Assembly: GCA_000165425.1 (NCBI GenBank)
Contig: CT868660.1
Location: 496,001 to 560,000, forward strand
Direction of reading: 5' to 3'
Length of the DNA stretch: 64,000 nucleotides
Source of the DNA: Paramecium tetraurelia
Lineage: Eukaryota
Translations under genes and position numbers: made by a program
Notes under the pieces: generated by a model
Seen by the model: the letters and a program-made list of their open reading frames with translations, nothing else
Database searches by the model: none
Told to the model about the DNA's origin: nothing
Shown here: positions 13,729 through 25,804 of the stretch, piece by piece
Numbering within the stretch: the stretch's first letter is position 1
Layout of the letters: every line of letters starts with the position of its first letter

Positions 13729-14704
13729 TCAATTAAAATCTGTGAACTCTTGAACAGTTCTTTTATTTTTTTATTAGATTGTTGGCCTATCTAATAACTA
13801 TTGTTCTATGCAAGATTCAGGATCCTATTGAATTGAAGGTCTATTAACAGGAGGAGGACCAAATCGAAAAATTGGGATATTTGTTTGATTTCCTTATAAT
13901 TTATTACCTCCATTTTATAATTTAGTTGGAGACTATTGAGATCCTGCAGTTGAATCATTTTGAATGAGAGGGGATTGCTTTGCGAAAGCATTTTTAATTT
14001 CTTAAAAATTAGATTTTTAGTTTTAATCCTCAGAAACAACATTATTTTTTTCTTCTGTCTGTTATCCAATTTTATCCTGAACTGTCTATTATGATTATTT
14101 AGACTCCTCTCCAGTTTTTGGAGCTGGCTTAACAAACGTCACTTCTTTTTTTTAAGATTTGTCATTCTACAAAAAAGGATTATTAGAAAGTTTAGTTTAA
14201 ACAGGGGCAGTCTCTATTTGAGCCTGTTATTTCTGTGGCTGTTGATTTCCAGCATTAGATTGCTAATTAGATGTATTCGATGGCTATTTATTCAATGATG
14301 GCTAATTTTTATTCTGCACAGGAGTGTCATTGGATAGGGTTTAGCTATCAATTTTTCTTATTGGGAAATTCTATTACTACGATTAACTTTCTGTTTAATT
14401 CGCTGTAGATTATGGTGGAATTTTTTCTTCCTGTTTTTTCAACTAGACACTTGTTTTCACTGCTCCTTAAAACTTATCTTAAACTTGATTATTGGGTCCA
14501 GAAAATTTTTTCATTATGTCTGATATTTTGTTTTGACCTGATTCTGTTTATGGAAGCTATTGAGAATTGCCTAGAATGTTTATAGAATATTTAAATACTT
14601 TAACTATGTTCTTTTTTCATGAATTGACAATTACGACACTTTTGTTCTGGTCCCATTCGTGTATCAGTCATATCCATAACAAACTTATTACATACTTGTT
14701 GCAT
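13729..14704 (-). CDS. Low-complexity Q/P-rich protein with an N-terminal Cys3-His motif
   Basis: MQQVCNKFVMDMTDTRMGPEQKCRNCQFMKKEHSQ, one tiny intron, then a disordered Q/K/P-rich body ending QLLDRPTIQQKNKRTVQEFTDFN*. Confidence 0.7.
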
Positions 14705-14948
14705 GATTTAATAAATATTATATCAATTAATAAATTTATTGCAAATCAATTAATTATAGTAGAATTACTTTTTTAAGGTAACTAAGAAAGATACTCAAAT
14801 AATTTAATTATTAATGTTCATTATAAAGAAAATAAGACCACAAATCAATCCATACATTTTTCTCATAAATATTTTAACTTGTAAATAACTTTATTAGAAA
14901 ACATAAATTTTCAAGATTAAATTCTTTAATAAATATAATTAAATAATT

Positions 14949-15930
14949 ATGTCAGAAGAGGAATACTCACAATTTTTGTTTGAGAAGCATGATCTCAGCA
15001 AATTTAACAGATATGAAGAATTAATAGACTTCAGAGGATTTAGATTACCAGATGACAAGAATAAAACTATTTATTTATTAGATGAGAATGGAGGGTATTT
15101 GAATTTTTGAATTTAGTTGGTGCGATTTAAATGGTTGCTACTATAATGAGAATTGTTAACCAAGTGGATGGATTGTATTGAGTAAAGATGGTAAAAAGTT
15201 TATGAGATTTAATTTGAACACAGAGTTTATTGAAGAATAGTAAAATATTTATTATTCCAATCAATAATTTGATGCAACACGGTTAGAATAAAATCAACAA
15301 AAACACAAAAACAAAAATAACAATGAATAGGAACAGTAATTGAATTAAAAATAAAAATAAAGACCTAAATAGGAGAATAGGAAACAATAGAATTAATCTA
15401 ATCAATCCAATTAAACCAATTAAGAACCTTAAAAAAAACAAAATTAACATAAATAGAAAGATTAAGATAGAGAAAAAGCCTAGAATCAAGTCCATTCAGA
15501 AAAAACAAAGGAGTAAGAATAATAAGAACAAGAAGACGAGTTATATGTTGAAAAAAAAGATTAATAGCTAACCAATGAAGTAAATAATACAAGTGATGAC
15601 CCCAAAACTAATGACAGAGATGCAAATTAAAGAAATTAAAGAGATAGAAAATATAATAACAAGAATCGCAAAAATTAAAAGAAGGATAATCAGAATCAGG
15701 ATAATAATGAAAGTAAGAAATATTATATTTTGAACATCAATGATAATACTTTGAGCAAAGAGGACTTTATTAAACATTTGATAGAAGAGTGTAAAATTAA
15801 ATAAGAAAATATAATTGATTACAATGAGAATATCTTAAAGTTAGCTTAAGATAAAGATGCCATCAAATTATATAGATTGAATAAAAAATAGTAAACAGAT
15901 CAAGCCTAAAAATTCATTGTCTCCACATGA
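14949..15930 (+). CDS. Hypothetical protein with an N/Q/K/D-rich low-complexity middle
   Basis: MSEEEYSQFLFEKHDLSKF...YLLDENGG/WCDLNGCYYNENCQPSGW..., a low-complexity tract at 15290-15720, and a small globular C-terminus ending FIVST* (TGA 15928-15930). Confidence 0.65.
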
Positions 15931-16129
15931 AATTAATAGTCTATATATTTTATATCTAATTGATATCAGTAAATATGAATATAATTTATGCAAAATGCTT
16001 TAAGATCTACTATAAATGTCCGATTGAAGTATGGATATTACATAATAACTCATATATTTAAATTATTGATTCAATATGAATTACATATACTTACTATTTA
16101 TTTAAATAATAAGAATAATTAAATACTTT

Positions 16130-17156
16130 ATGAAATCCATTTTAACACAAGCATCGAAAATTCCAAAATATTATGCAGATTTTAATACTCTTTAGCCTAA
16201 GCATTATTGGGATTATGAAAATTATAAGACTTAATTTGGGTATATATGAGGTTAATTCAGACATCAAGATGACTATGAAATATATGAAAAGATAGGTTAA
16301 GGAAGATATTCAGAAGTATTTAAAGGAGTTTCAATTAGAACTCATCAGAATGTCATAATCAAGGTGTTAAAGCCGAATTTGCCTGAGAAAATAAATAGAG
16401 AAATATTGGCTCTCAAAAATTTACATAAACATCCATTAATAACAGAATTATTAGATGTGGTATAAGATTACAGCAGCTTAAGACAATCTCTAATTTTTAA
16501 ATAAGAAGAATGTATCAATTTGAAGGATATTCGCTATTATGATTCTTTGAAACCAATAAAGTTTTTGATAAAATGTGTTCTAGAAGCTTTAGATTACTCT
16601 CATTCAAAAGGAATTTTCCATCGCGATATCAAACCACATAATATATTAACAAATCCTTCATTTTCTAGTAATAATGATAATTAAATTAGATTTTAAATTA
16701 TTGGATTGGGGATTGGCAGAATTTTATCACCCTAATAAAGAATATAATACAAGAGTGGCATCAAGGTATTTTAAGTCTCCAGAGATATTGCTTGATGTTA
16801 GATAATATCATCATTCAATAGATTCTTGGGGAGTTGGTTGTTTGATGGCGGGTATGATATTTTAGAAAGAACCTTTTTTTGCAGGATCGAGCAATGACGA
16901 CCAATTATTAAAGATTATTAATGTATTAGGATCTGATGTTTTGTATGAGTATTTGAGTAAGTGGAAAATCAACATGCCTCCAAGGTATAAGAGTATTCCT
17001 TATTCATCCCCAAAGAGATTTGAATTTTACATTAACAAAGACAACGAAAGCCTTTGCACACCTGAAGCGATAGACTTGTTGAAACAACTGCTCATTTTTG
17101 ATCATTAAGAAAGAATGTTGCCTAAAGATGCACTCTAGCATCCTTTTTTTCAATGA
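16130..17156 (+). CDS. Casein kinase II alpha-like Ser/Thr kinase (divergent paralog)
   Basis: YYADFN...[65 protein letters not shown]. Two tiny introns. Confidence 0.92.
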
Positions 17157-17258
17157 TTCCATAATTATAGTAGAGTAAACTTTAATTTATATTATTTATT
17201 ATTGTTCTGATTAATATTGAGTAATTTTCTTATTCTTTATACTGCAATTATAAATTTA

Positions 17259-18595
17259 ATGAAATAGTCAAAATAAACATAAAATTAAGCTCATGATGAT
17301 TAATTTTCAGGCTCCAATACTCCAAATGTTCATGGCTTGTTTTTACCATAAACGTTGACTATGGGTGTAATATATTAATAAAATGTAAGTAAATATCTGA
17401 AGACAGAAAAGGAGAAGATTAAAGACTAAAATTAATAAGGGCTTCTACTGACCCTTATGAGGCATTTAAGGATGATGATTTTTTGTATCCAACCAAAGAA
17501 GATGAAATGTCTCTTTGGCAAAAATATTCTGGAGATTATATTTAAGGAATGCCTGTATTGCCAACAGGAAAATGTAGTTTATTTTGCAACATTGTTTGTT
17601 GTTTTTACTTTCTTATTTTTGGATTAGTTTTTGTTGGAATTGCCGGTAGCATCACCGAAGTAATCATTAAATATATATCCGCAGATTAAATTAAATTATG
17701 GAAAGGAATGTGAAGGTAAATAACAATGCGTAGTTAATTTTGAAATTGAAAAAAATACATATGGACCATTCTTTTTATACTATGAATTAAATGAGTTTTA
17801 TACGAGTCACTCTGAGTAAGATTGGAATTTATTAGATTAGTTTTGCATAGTCAATCAGTCCTAAACAAATGAAAGGTTATGAACTGACCGATGAAGAGTA
17901 TGATGTTTATTGTCCTGATACTTAATCTTTTGAATCTCTTTAGAGACCTGTGGGATTCAACAAAAGTTATGCCGGGTTTATGGTAGACTTGAATAAGAAA
18001 GTCAGTCCTTGTGGTGTAGCAGCTAAATTCATTTTTAATGGTATATATTTGTCTTGAAGCTAGATTCATTCCTACTTTTTGATGTTAACACTGATACTGC
18101 TACCTCTTTAGCTCTCAATTCAACTGGAATTGCTTTCTCTGTTGATTTAGAATACAAGTATTCAAGAACGTAGAATTCTTAATTTAGATAATGGTTGGAT
18201 CTTGATGATGGTACCAATTCTTTATTTTCACCATAGAAAAAATCATAAATTGGTTTAATATTCAATCTTTACCCTTGGTCAGAAAGCTATATGCTAGATA
18301 TGATAATGATTTATCAAAAGGATAATATAGCATCGTAATTTAAAATAGTAAATAATGAAATTCAGTTTTAGATTATCCCACCGATATTTTTGGAGGAGAA
18401 AAGTATCTAATAGTTACAACTCTATCTTCGTTTGGGAGCAAGAACTTCTCTTTTGGTTACTTGCTTATTGCAACTGCAGGCATTTAGCTCGTAAGTGCTA
18501 TAGTTGTTTACATAAAACATAGAATTGTAGAAAAGAGAGAAAAACATGAATAAAAAATACATGCTGATTTAAAACTAAAAGAAAAATCAGATTGA
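17259..18595 (+). CDS. CDC50: CDC50/LEM3 family flippase beta subunit
   Basis: TM helix (FYFLIFGLVFVGIA), FFLYYELNEFYTSH, SPCGVAAKFIFNDSF, EKIINWFNIQSLPLVRKLYAR, NYPTDIFGGEKYLIVTTLSSFGSKNFSFGYLL and a second TM. Several tiny introns; 5' exon structure uncertain. Confidence 0.88.
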
Positions 18596-19392
18596 TAGTT
18601 TATCTAAATATGAAAGTATTTATTATAATCAACTAAATTTTCCATTACAATATTAAAAAAACGAATGTTTGTAAAAACGCTGAATTTAATTAGATAATTA
18701 GATAGATATTAAGTAAAGTATTAACAATATTAATAAAATTTCATTTCTCTAACAACGATTAAATTTATATAATTATGGAATGATTTAAGATAATCATAAA
18801 AATTAAAATGTTTATATGAAAACCCTTTTTTGTTTCTTTAAATTGAAATTTGCATTATTTTAATATTATATCTATATTGTTAGATAAAGTGAAATGAACT
18901 AAAATGAATAAAATAATATTAATGCGGCTGTTAAATAATTATCATTTGTTTCTTTTTATATATTGAAAAATTCTATTAAATTCAATATTAATTAATTATA
19001 ATATCCACCTAATTCTCCCTTTGGTTTTGTTTAGTTTAACATCAAAATGTAAATAAAATAATTTGAATTTAAAAAAAAGTAAAATTAAACTAATAGAGAA
19101 ATTTGATAAAATAAGTATTAACAATTGATAAATTATGTAAGTTTTATAAATTTAGTATTATTTTTTAAAATCTTTTAGTAATCACAATTCGATGGTGTTA
19201 TGATTTTATTTGAAATATTTTCAAATATTAAATAATAAATTTTCTTCATATATAAAATACAGTTCTTGTGAAAATGTAAAGAATCCATATCAGGAACATT
19301 AAGTCGATATTTGGAAGCAAAATGAAAATATTAATGGATTTTAGTTTTATTGATTAGATTGAAATCATAATATAATTAGAATTATTAATTTA

Positions 19393-20453
19393 ATGTTTTC
19401 TCCGCCAAAAGTGCATCCATTTGAAGAAAATTATATTCAGAAAGTGCTAATGGATATTGAACGCAGCCCATTATTGCAATATGAAACACCTTAGGATCTT
19501 TAGTTATTGTAAGTGATTTTGCGATGTTATTTAGTAAATCTTAAAGTTTATTATGCGATGATGATCAGTAGTCACCATTTCAGGCAGCTAGAAATCTGCC
19601 ACTTTAAAGGTTCAATTCAGAGGTTTTCCATGATTTTTCAGGGTGTCAATAGTAAATAATCGGAGACAATAATAAATTTTTGAAATAAAGAAAATTTAGA
19701 CCTGATTTATCTAAATTTTCAGGGGATTTCGAAGTATTACATCAGATTGGAAGAGGTTCAAAAGGAGTAGTTTATAAAGTATTATCAAAAGTTGATGGGT
19801 TGTATTATGCAGCAAAGAAAGTGCCTTTGGAGGATAATATTCAAACATTGACATTGGATGGGCAAGTGCAATTTAATTGCTGTTATCAGCATTAAGGATT
19901 CTTATACATTATAATGGAGCATTGTGAGTATTCTTTAAAGCAAAGATTGATGCAAAGAGTTTACGAGTCTGAAATCAGACAGATCATCGTCGATGTATGT
20001 GAGGCTCTATAGAATTTCCCTTAACCTCATTTACATATACATGGTGGAAATGTGTTGCTAAGCAAATAAATGAAGTATAAGTTAAGTGATTATGGATATT
20101 CAAATAATACAATTCATTCAGCACCTGAGCAGATAAAGAGCAAATTGTCTGATATTTACTAGTTGGGTATTTTGATGATGGAGTTGATGCTTGAAAAAGA
20201 GATTAGTTAAGTAAGTTCGTTGGTGTTGCAAAAGTTCGACAACTTATCTTATTATTCGGTATCATTGAAATAATAAATTAAAAAAATGGTATCAGCAATT
20301 CCTGATCATAGACCTGATATTTAATAATTGATTAATTTTGCAAAAGTGAATTTGGATTAAGAATTGACCCTACTCCAAGAATAAAATGCTGAGTTGTAAA
20401 AGTAGATAGATGAGGTTAGACCAAGGGGCAGAAAAAGAATTCATAGTGAATGA
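19393..20453 (+). CDS. Wee1/Myt1-like kinase-fold protein, predicted pseudokinase
   Basis: FEVLHQIGRGSKGVVYKVLSKVDGLYYAAKK, LYIIMEHC, YKLSDYG, APEQ, SDIYQLG. Catalytic loop reads HLHIHGGN. One tiny intron. Confidence 0.72.
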
Positions 20454-20503
20454 TTTTAATTAATAGTTAATCTATATTCATAGTTTTTAAATTATTAAGT
20501 TAA

Positions 20504-23500
20504 ATGTTTAAATCCGATAGATAGAAGTACAATAAGGAAAGAATATTTACTATAAATGCAACTGGAAGAGCAGCCAACGAAGTGTTCCCAACAAATTTCA
20601 TAAAGACTTCAAAGTATAACATTGTAACTTTCTTACCATTGTCACTATTGGGTTAATTTCGGAGATATGCTAATATTTATTTTCTGTTTATTGCCATAAT
20701 TCAAAGTTTCCCTATTATATCTCCTTTAAATCCAATATCGGCAATAGCTCCTTTAGTATTTGTATTGGGATTATCGATGATAAGAGAAGGTAAATTATCG
20801 TTTGATAATAAGCTATGGAGGATATAAGTAGACATAAATCAGATAACGAAGTTAATGCTATGGAGTGTACCAAAATAGTCAATAACAAATAAGTCAAGAC
20901 AACATGGGCTGATGTAAAAGTGGGGGATATAATGTATATATCTGAAAATGAGATGTTTCCAGCAGATATAATAGTCTTAAGTAGTTAATTTGAAAGCGGG
21001 GTCTGCTACATTGAGACTTCTTCATTGGATGGTGAAAAGAACCTCAAGCCAAAGTCTGCAATCAAGGAAACTCAAACCGTATTTGAATGTAAGGAGACCT
21101 AATCCTAGATTTAAATGAATTTTAATAGCAATTAATAATTTAAAGCTCAAGGAAATCCTCCTACACCAGCGTTAGGCGATTTCGAAGGTTCAATTCATTT
21201 CCCAAATGGATCAAAAAAGTATATATTTTATAAGTATCAAGAGTTTTGAATGGCAAATAATTGTTATTGAGAGGAGCATTTCTAAGGAACACGAAATTCA
21301 TAGTAGGAGTAATAGTCTACACAGGAGAGGACACAAAGATAATGAGAAATGCAGAACCCTCTAGAATCAAATAGAGTACTATTGAAAATACAATGAACAA
21401 ATTGATATTGGGGATCCTGGGCATATAAATCATTGCCTGTGCTTTATCAGCCATTCTGTCTTCATGGTGGTTGCACAAATCATTCAGTAAACACATTTAT
21501 ATCATCATAACGGAATAAAATTACACTTTGTTATCTGCCATTGCCTTCTTTTCATTCTTCCTGCTTTATAACACTATGATACCCATATCCTTGGTTGTGT
21601 CAATGGAGTTTGTTAAGGTTTTCCAATGTTATTTCATAAATACAGATTAAGACATGTATGCTTCAAAAAGAGGTAAGTATGCTAAGGCTTAAACATCAAC
21701 CATTAACGAAGAATTAGGTCAGGTGGAATACGTTTTCTCTGATAAGACTGGAACATTGACCTGTAATCAAATGGAATTTAAATATTGCATAATTGGAGAC
21801 ATCTTGTATGGGAAAAATGAAAAGAATATGGCTATTCCGAATCATAACAATGTATAGCAAGATACAACTTAATTCAAACATTCAGTCTTTAATTTTTAAG
21901 ATAGCACTCTAACTGGAATAATAGAAGATAATGCAGCCTATTAAAATCAATCTGAATTGCCAAGAAAATTGATCATTTAATCAAATGATAAAAATGCTAC
22001 TTTAGAAATTAAAACATAAAAGTAATTGGTCCATGAATACCTGATGCTACTCTCAAGTGCTCATGAATGTATAGCATAGAAAGACAAGAACTAATAGATT
22101 AATTATTAAGGACCTTCTCCTGATGAAATCACTTTGGTGGATGCCGCCATGAATTTGGGTTATAGATTTGAAGGATAGTCTGCAAATGAATAAGAAGTAA
22201 ACAGTATTATTATAAAATAAGTTTACAATCAAAGGCAAATAAAAAAAGGTTGAACTCCTATAACAATTTGAATTTGATTCGAATAGGAAAAGAATGAGTG
22301 TGATCATTAAAGATAATGGAATTTACAAATTGTACATCAAAGGAGCAGATAGCATCATCAAAGCCAGATTAAGACCAGATTAACCATACTTAGGATTTAT
22401 TTAGAATAAATTGTCAGAGTTCAGCTCGATTGGATTAAGAACTCTATTGATGGCAATGAAAATATTATCAGAATAGGAGTATCTTGCATTTGAGAGACAG
22501 AAGGATGCCCTTGCATCATCAGAAAAGAGAGAATAGGAAAAGGAGGAATTGGCTAATAATTTAGAAAAAGATTTATATCTATTAGGTGCAACTGCAGTGG
22601 AGGATAAATTGTAGGATGATGTCCCAGAAACTATTGCTGATTTACTGAAGGCAAATATTAAGGTTTGGATGCTTACAGGAGATAAATTAGAAACTGCTGA
22701 AAACATTGCTAAGAGTTGTAGACTAATTTAACATGATTTCACGATTATGAAGTATTCTGAAACAGATCTCAACAAATTAAGAGTTTAATTGTCAGAAAAT
22801 AAGTTGACTTATTAAGCTTGCATTAAAGATGGGAAAAAGAAATCAATCCTAGTTGAAGGGGAGTCTTTAGTCACACTGACAGGCAACTAATAATTAAAGA
22901 GAGAATTCACTAAAATGGCTATGGGTTGTGATAGTGTTGTGTGTTGCAGAGTTACACCAAAATAAAAGGCAGAAGTTGTACATTTGGTTAAAGATCTAAA
23001 TAAAATTACTGTTGCCATTGGAGATGGTGCCAATGATGTGAATATGATATAAGAGGCACATATTGGAATTGGATTATATGGCAATGAAGGAATGAGAGCT
23101 GTCCAAAGTAGTGATTATGCTTTAGGCGAATTTAGATTTCTGTGGAAACTCTTGTTAATTCATGGCAATTGGTCATACATTAGAATTTCAGAAATGATTC
23201 TCTACTTCTTCTACAAGAATATGATATTTACTGTCCCCTAATTTTTGTACTCCTTTTACAGTGCCTATAGTGCCTAAACCTATTTTGATGACTGGTATAT
23301 CACCTTCTATAATTTGTTCTTCACTTCTCTTCCATTAATTGCCAGAGCCACTTTGGATAGAAGTGTCTACTACAAAATTAATGTAAGAAATGAAGAATAC
23401 ACTGAAATTTATTAGAAGTCAACTCAGTATCTTAAAGGAAAATTCCCACTTCTTTATTCAGTTGGTCAGAAATAAACTATATTTACCTTATCCAATTTTA

Positions 23501-24367
23501 TATTCTGGTGGGGCCAAGGGTTTATTCATGGCGTTTTGGTCTACTTTATCACTTATGCATGTTTCGATACAGAATTAGTTACTGTCAATGGGTAGAATGC
23601 CGGATTTGCCACTCTTTCGATTACAGCATATACTGCAATTATATTTGTATTTCTATTCCCTTATTTAATAGATTGTCGACTTCAAAATTGCTATTTATAC
23701 TAAATTTTGGACTTTTATTAATGTAATCACACTTCTCTTCTTATCTATTGGAATTTATATTGCATACTTTTTTATCTCCAATTACTTTAAGGGTACATAT
23801 TCTGAATTCACTCCTGCCTACTTAATTCAATCTCCAAACTTTTACTTGATTATTGCTCTGCTTAACGTAGTTGTCTTTATTTTTGATTTGGTTATTAACA
23901 CAATCATTCATGAATTTTATTCAACTGAAACTGATAAAATTATTAAATGGAGAAGAGAGTTTAAATAATTAGCCAGGAAAGGCAATGTCCTATAAAAGAT
24001 TGAAATGATGCAACAAGGAAAAAGAGAAAACGGATAAAGAGACTGGGGCGACTCCTTTTATGAACAAATTCTAGAAGAGAGATTAAAATCAGACAGAGAC
24101 TTGAATGTTATTGATGAATAATAAGACATTCTGGACTCTAAAGTTTAACAATATGTATCGTCTCCATAAAATCTCAATTATAGTGAATAGACTAATAGAC
24201 AATTTCATTAAAGAGTAGAATTACAACAAATTCAGCATCCTCTATAAAATAACAATGCTTAAGTAACCAATTATCAAATGTCCTAAAAACAATAATAAAA
24301 TTTTAAGAATGTTAATGAAGATAGCAGGATAAATCATCCATAATAATAAAGAATTTATGTAAGATGA
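20504..24367 (+). CDS. P4-type ATPase phospholipid flippase
   Basis: [130 protein letters not shown]. Four tiny introns. Confidence 0.97.
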
Positions 24368-24793
24368 AAATCGATTGATATTAATTAAATTATTTATTTA
24401 GTAATTTATTAATATTATAATTATCACAATTCTAATTATAATAACCAAGAAAAGTATGAATATTAATAATTATTAACTCCAAGAATAATAATAATTCATA
24501 ATTTTGGATTAATAATTCAATTAGCCTTCTGTGAGTTAATCTTTCGGTTGATTTTGCATCAAATTAGGTTTAACATTTTTATTCTTAGATTTCTATTAAT
24601 AGTTAAATTTGTTGATATTTCCTATAATTAATTAGATTTATTAGATACTAATTTAATTATTCCTTAGTTTTATAGATTAAAACCATATAAATCAAGATTT
24701 TTCAATTTAACAATAAAAGCCTTACTATAGGAAATATAAAGTAATTAAATTAAATTTAATAATGTTTATTGAGAATATATATACTATAAATTA

Positions 24794-25694
24794 TCATTCC
24801 GTAAGTTATAATGTTGTTTCTGCCATTTCTCTAAAACTAGCTTTTTTATCCCAAAGATACCCATCACCTATAGGTCTTCCTATAGGTATCAACCAAAGAA
24901 GTGGATTTTTCCCAAAATAAAAGGTAAAGTTGTACCAAAATCCTAAATTATATATTGTTAAATCGGTATGCTTATAAATAGGTAGAATTAATACATATTT
25001 TCTTTTTGTTTAAGCTTCAATCTCTAAAATCATTTAATCTAGAGTACAAATATTAAGAGCTATCAATTTGAAATTAGTCCAAAAAAAGTAATATAAACCT
25101 AAACCATTTAAAAATTGTGAAAATGTCATTAGAAATATGAAAGCTGCCTTTACTTTACTAAAATCCAGAGAATCATTTTCCCAAATTCTATTCCAAAGAG
25201 CCTCAATATTCATTAATCCAAGTAAAGTACCTGAAAAAATCCCTATAGAACCCCAAAACAAAATGAGTAAAAAATATTTTCTATTGTATAAACCTATGCA
25301 GTTAGCCGTCCAAACGCAATGATGATCCATATTTAAAACGCATCTTTTACATTTAGAACAATGGTGAGATCTTTCTGGTCTCTTTATTCTACACTATAGA
25401 CAATAGTCTCTTTATTTATTTTCATCATATTCTCCTAATGTATCTTTAGGAATAAATCCAGGGTCAATTCTTGAGGTTCTATACAGTGCCCAAAATAGCA
25501 TAACAATACTAAAAGTGCCTATGCTTATATATATCCATTCTATCAAGGTCTCTAATTATTTAAAATTCTGAAATACATTTCGATATTTATATAAAAACAA
25601 AGTACGCAAATGTAAAGTAAATGACAAGTACTAAAAAGCTCAGGATTAAAGGAAAGTATTTCTTTACATAATCAGGCATTATTTCAGCAATCAT
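24794..25694 (-). CDS. DHHC-type protein S-palmitoyltransferase
   Basis: [53 protein letters not shown], four TM segments, [23 protein letters not shown]. Confidence 0.95.
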
Positions 25695-25804
25695 TAAAAT
25701 AAATTATATTATTTTCAAGAGTATAATGAAATTATATTGTAATGACTATCGAATCTTAAATAACTAAAATGATATTGTAGTGTTAGTTTATACACTATGA
25801 ATAA

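Noticed and set aside
15283..15777. Hydrophobic minus-strand ORFs in the supplied track (F/L/I-rich, resembling membrane proteins)
   Set aside because: They are antisense shadows of the N/Q/K-rich region of the plus-strand gene at 14949-15930.
22053..23084. Three minus-strand ORFs overlapping the P4-ATPase
   Set aside because: They are antisense to strongly conserved P-type ATPase motifs and have no independent motif support.
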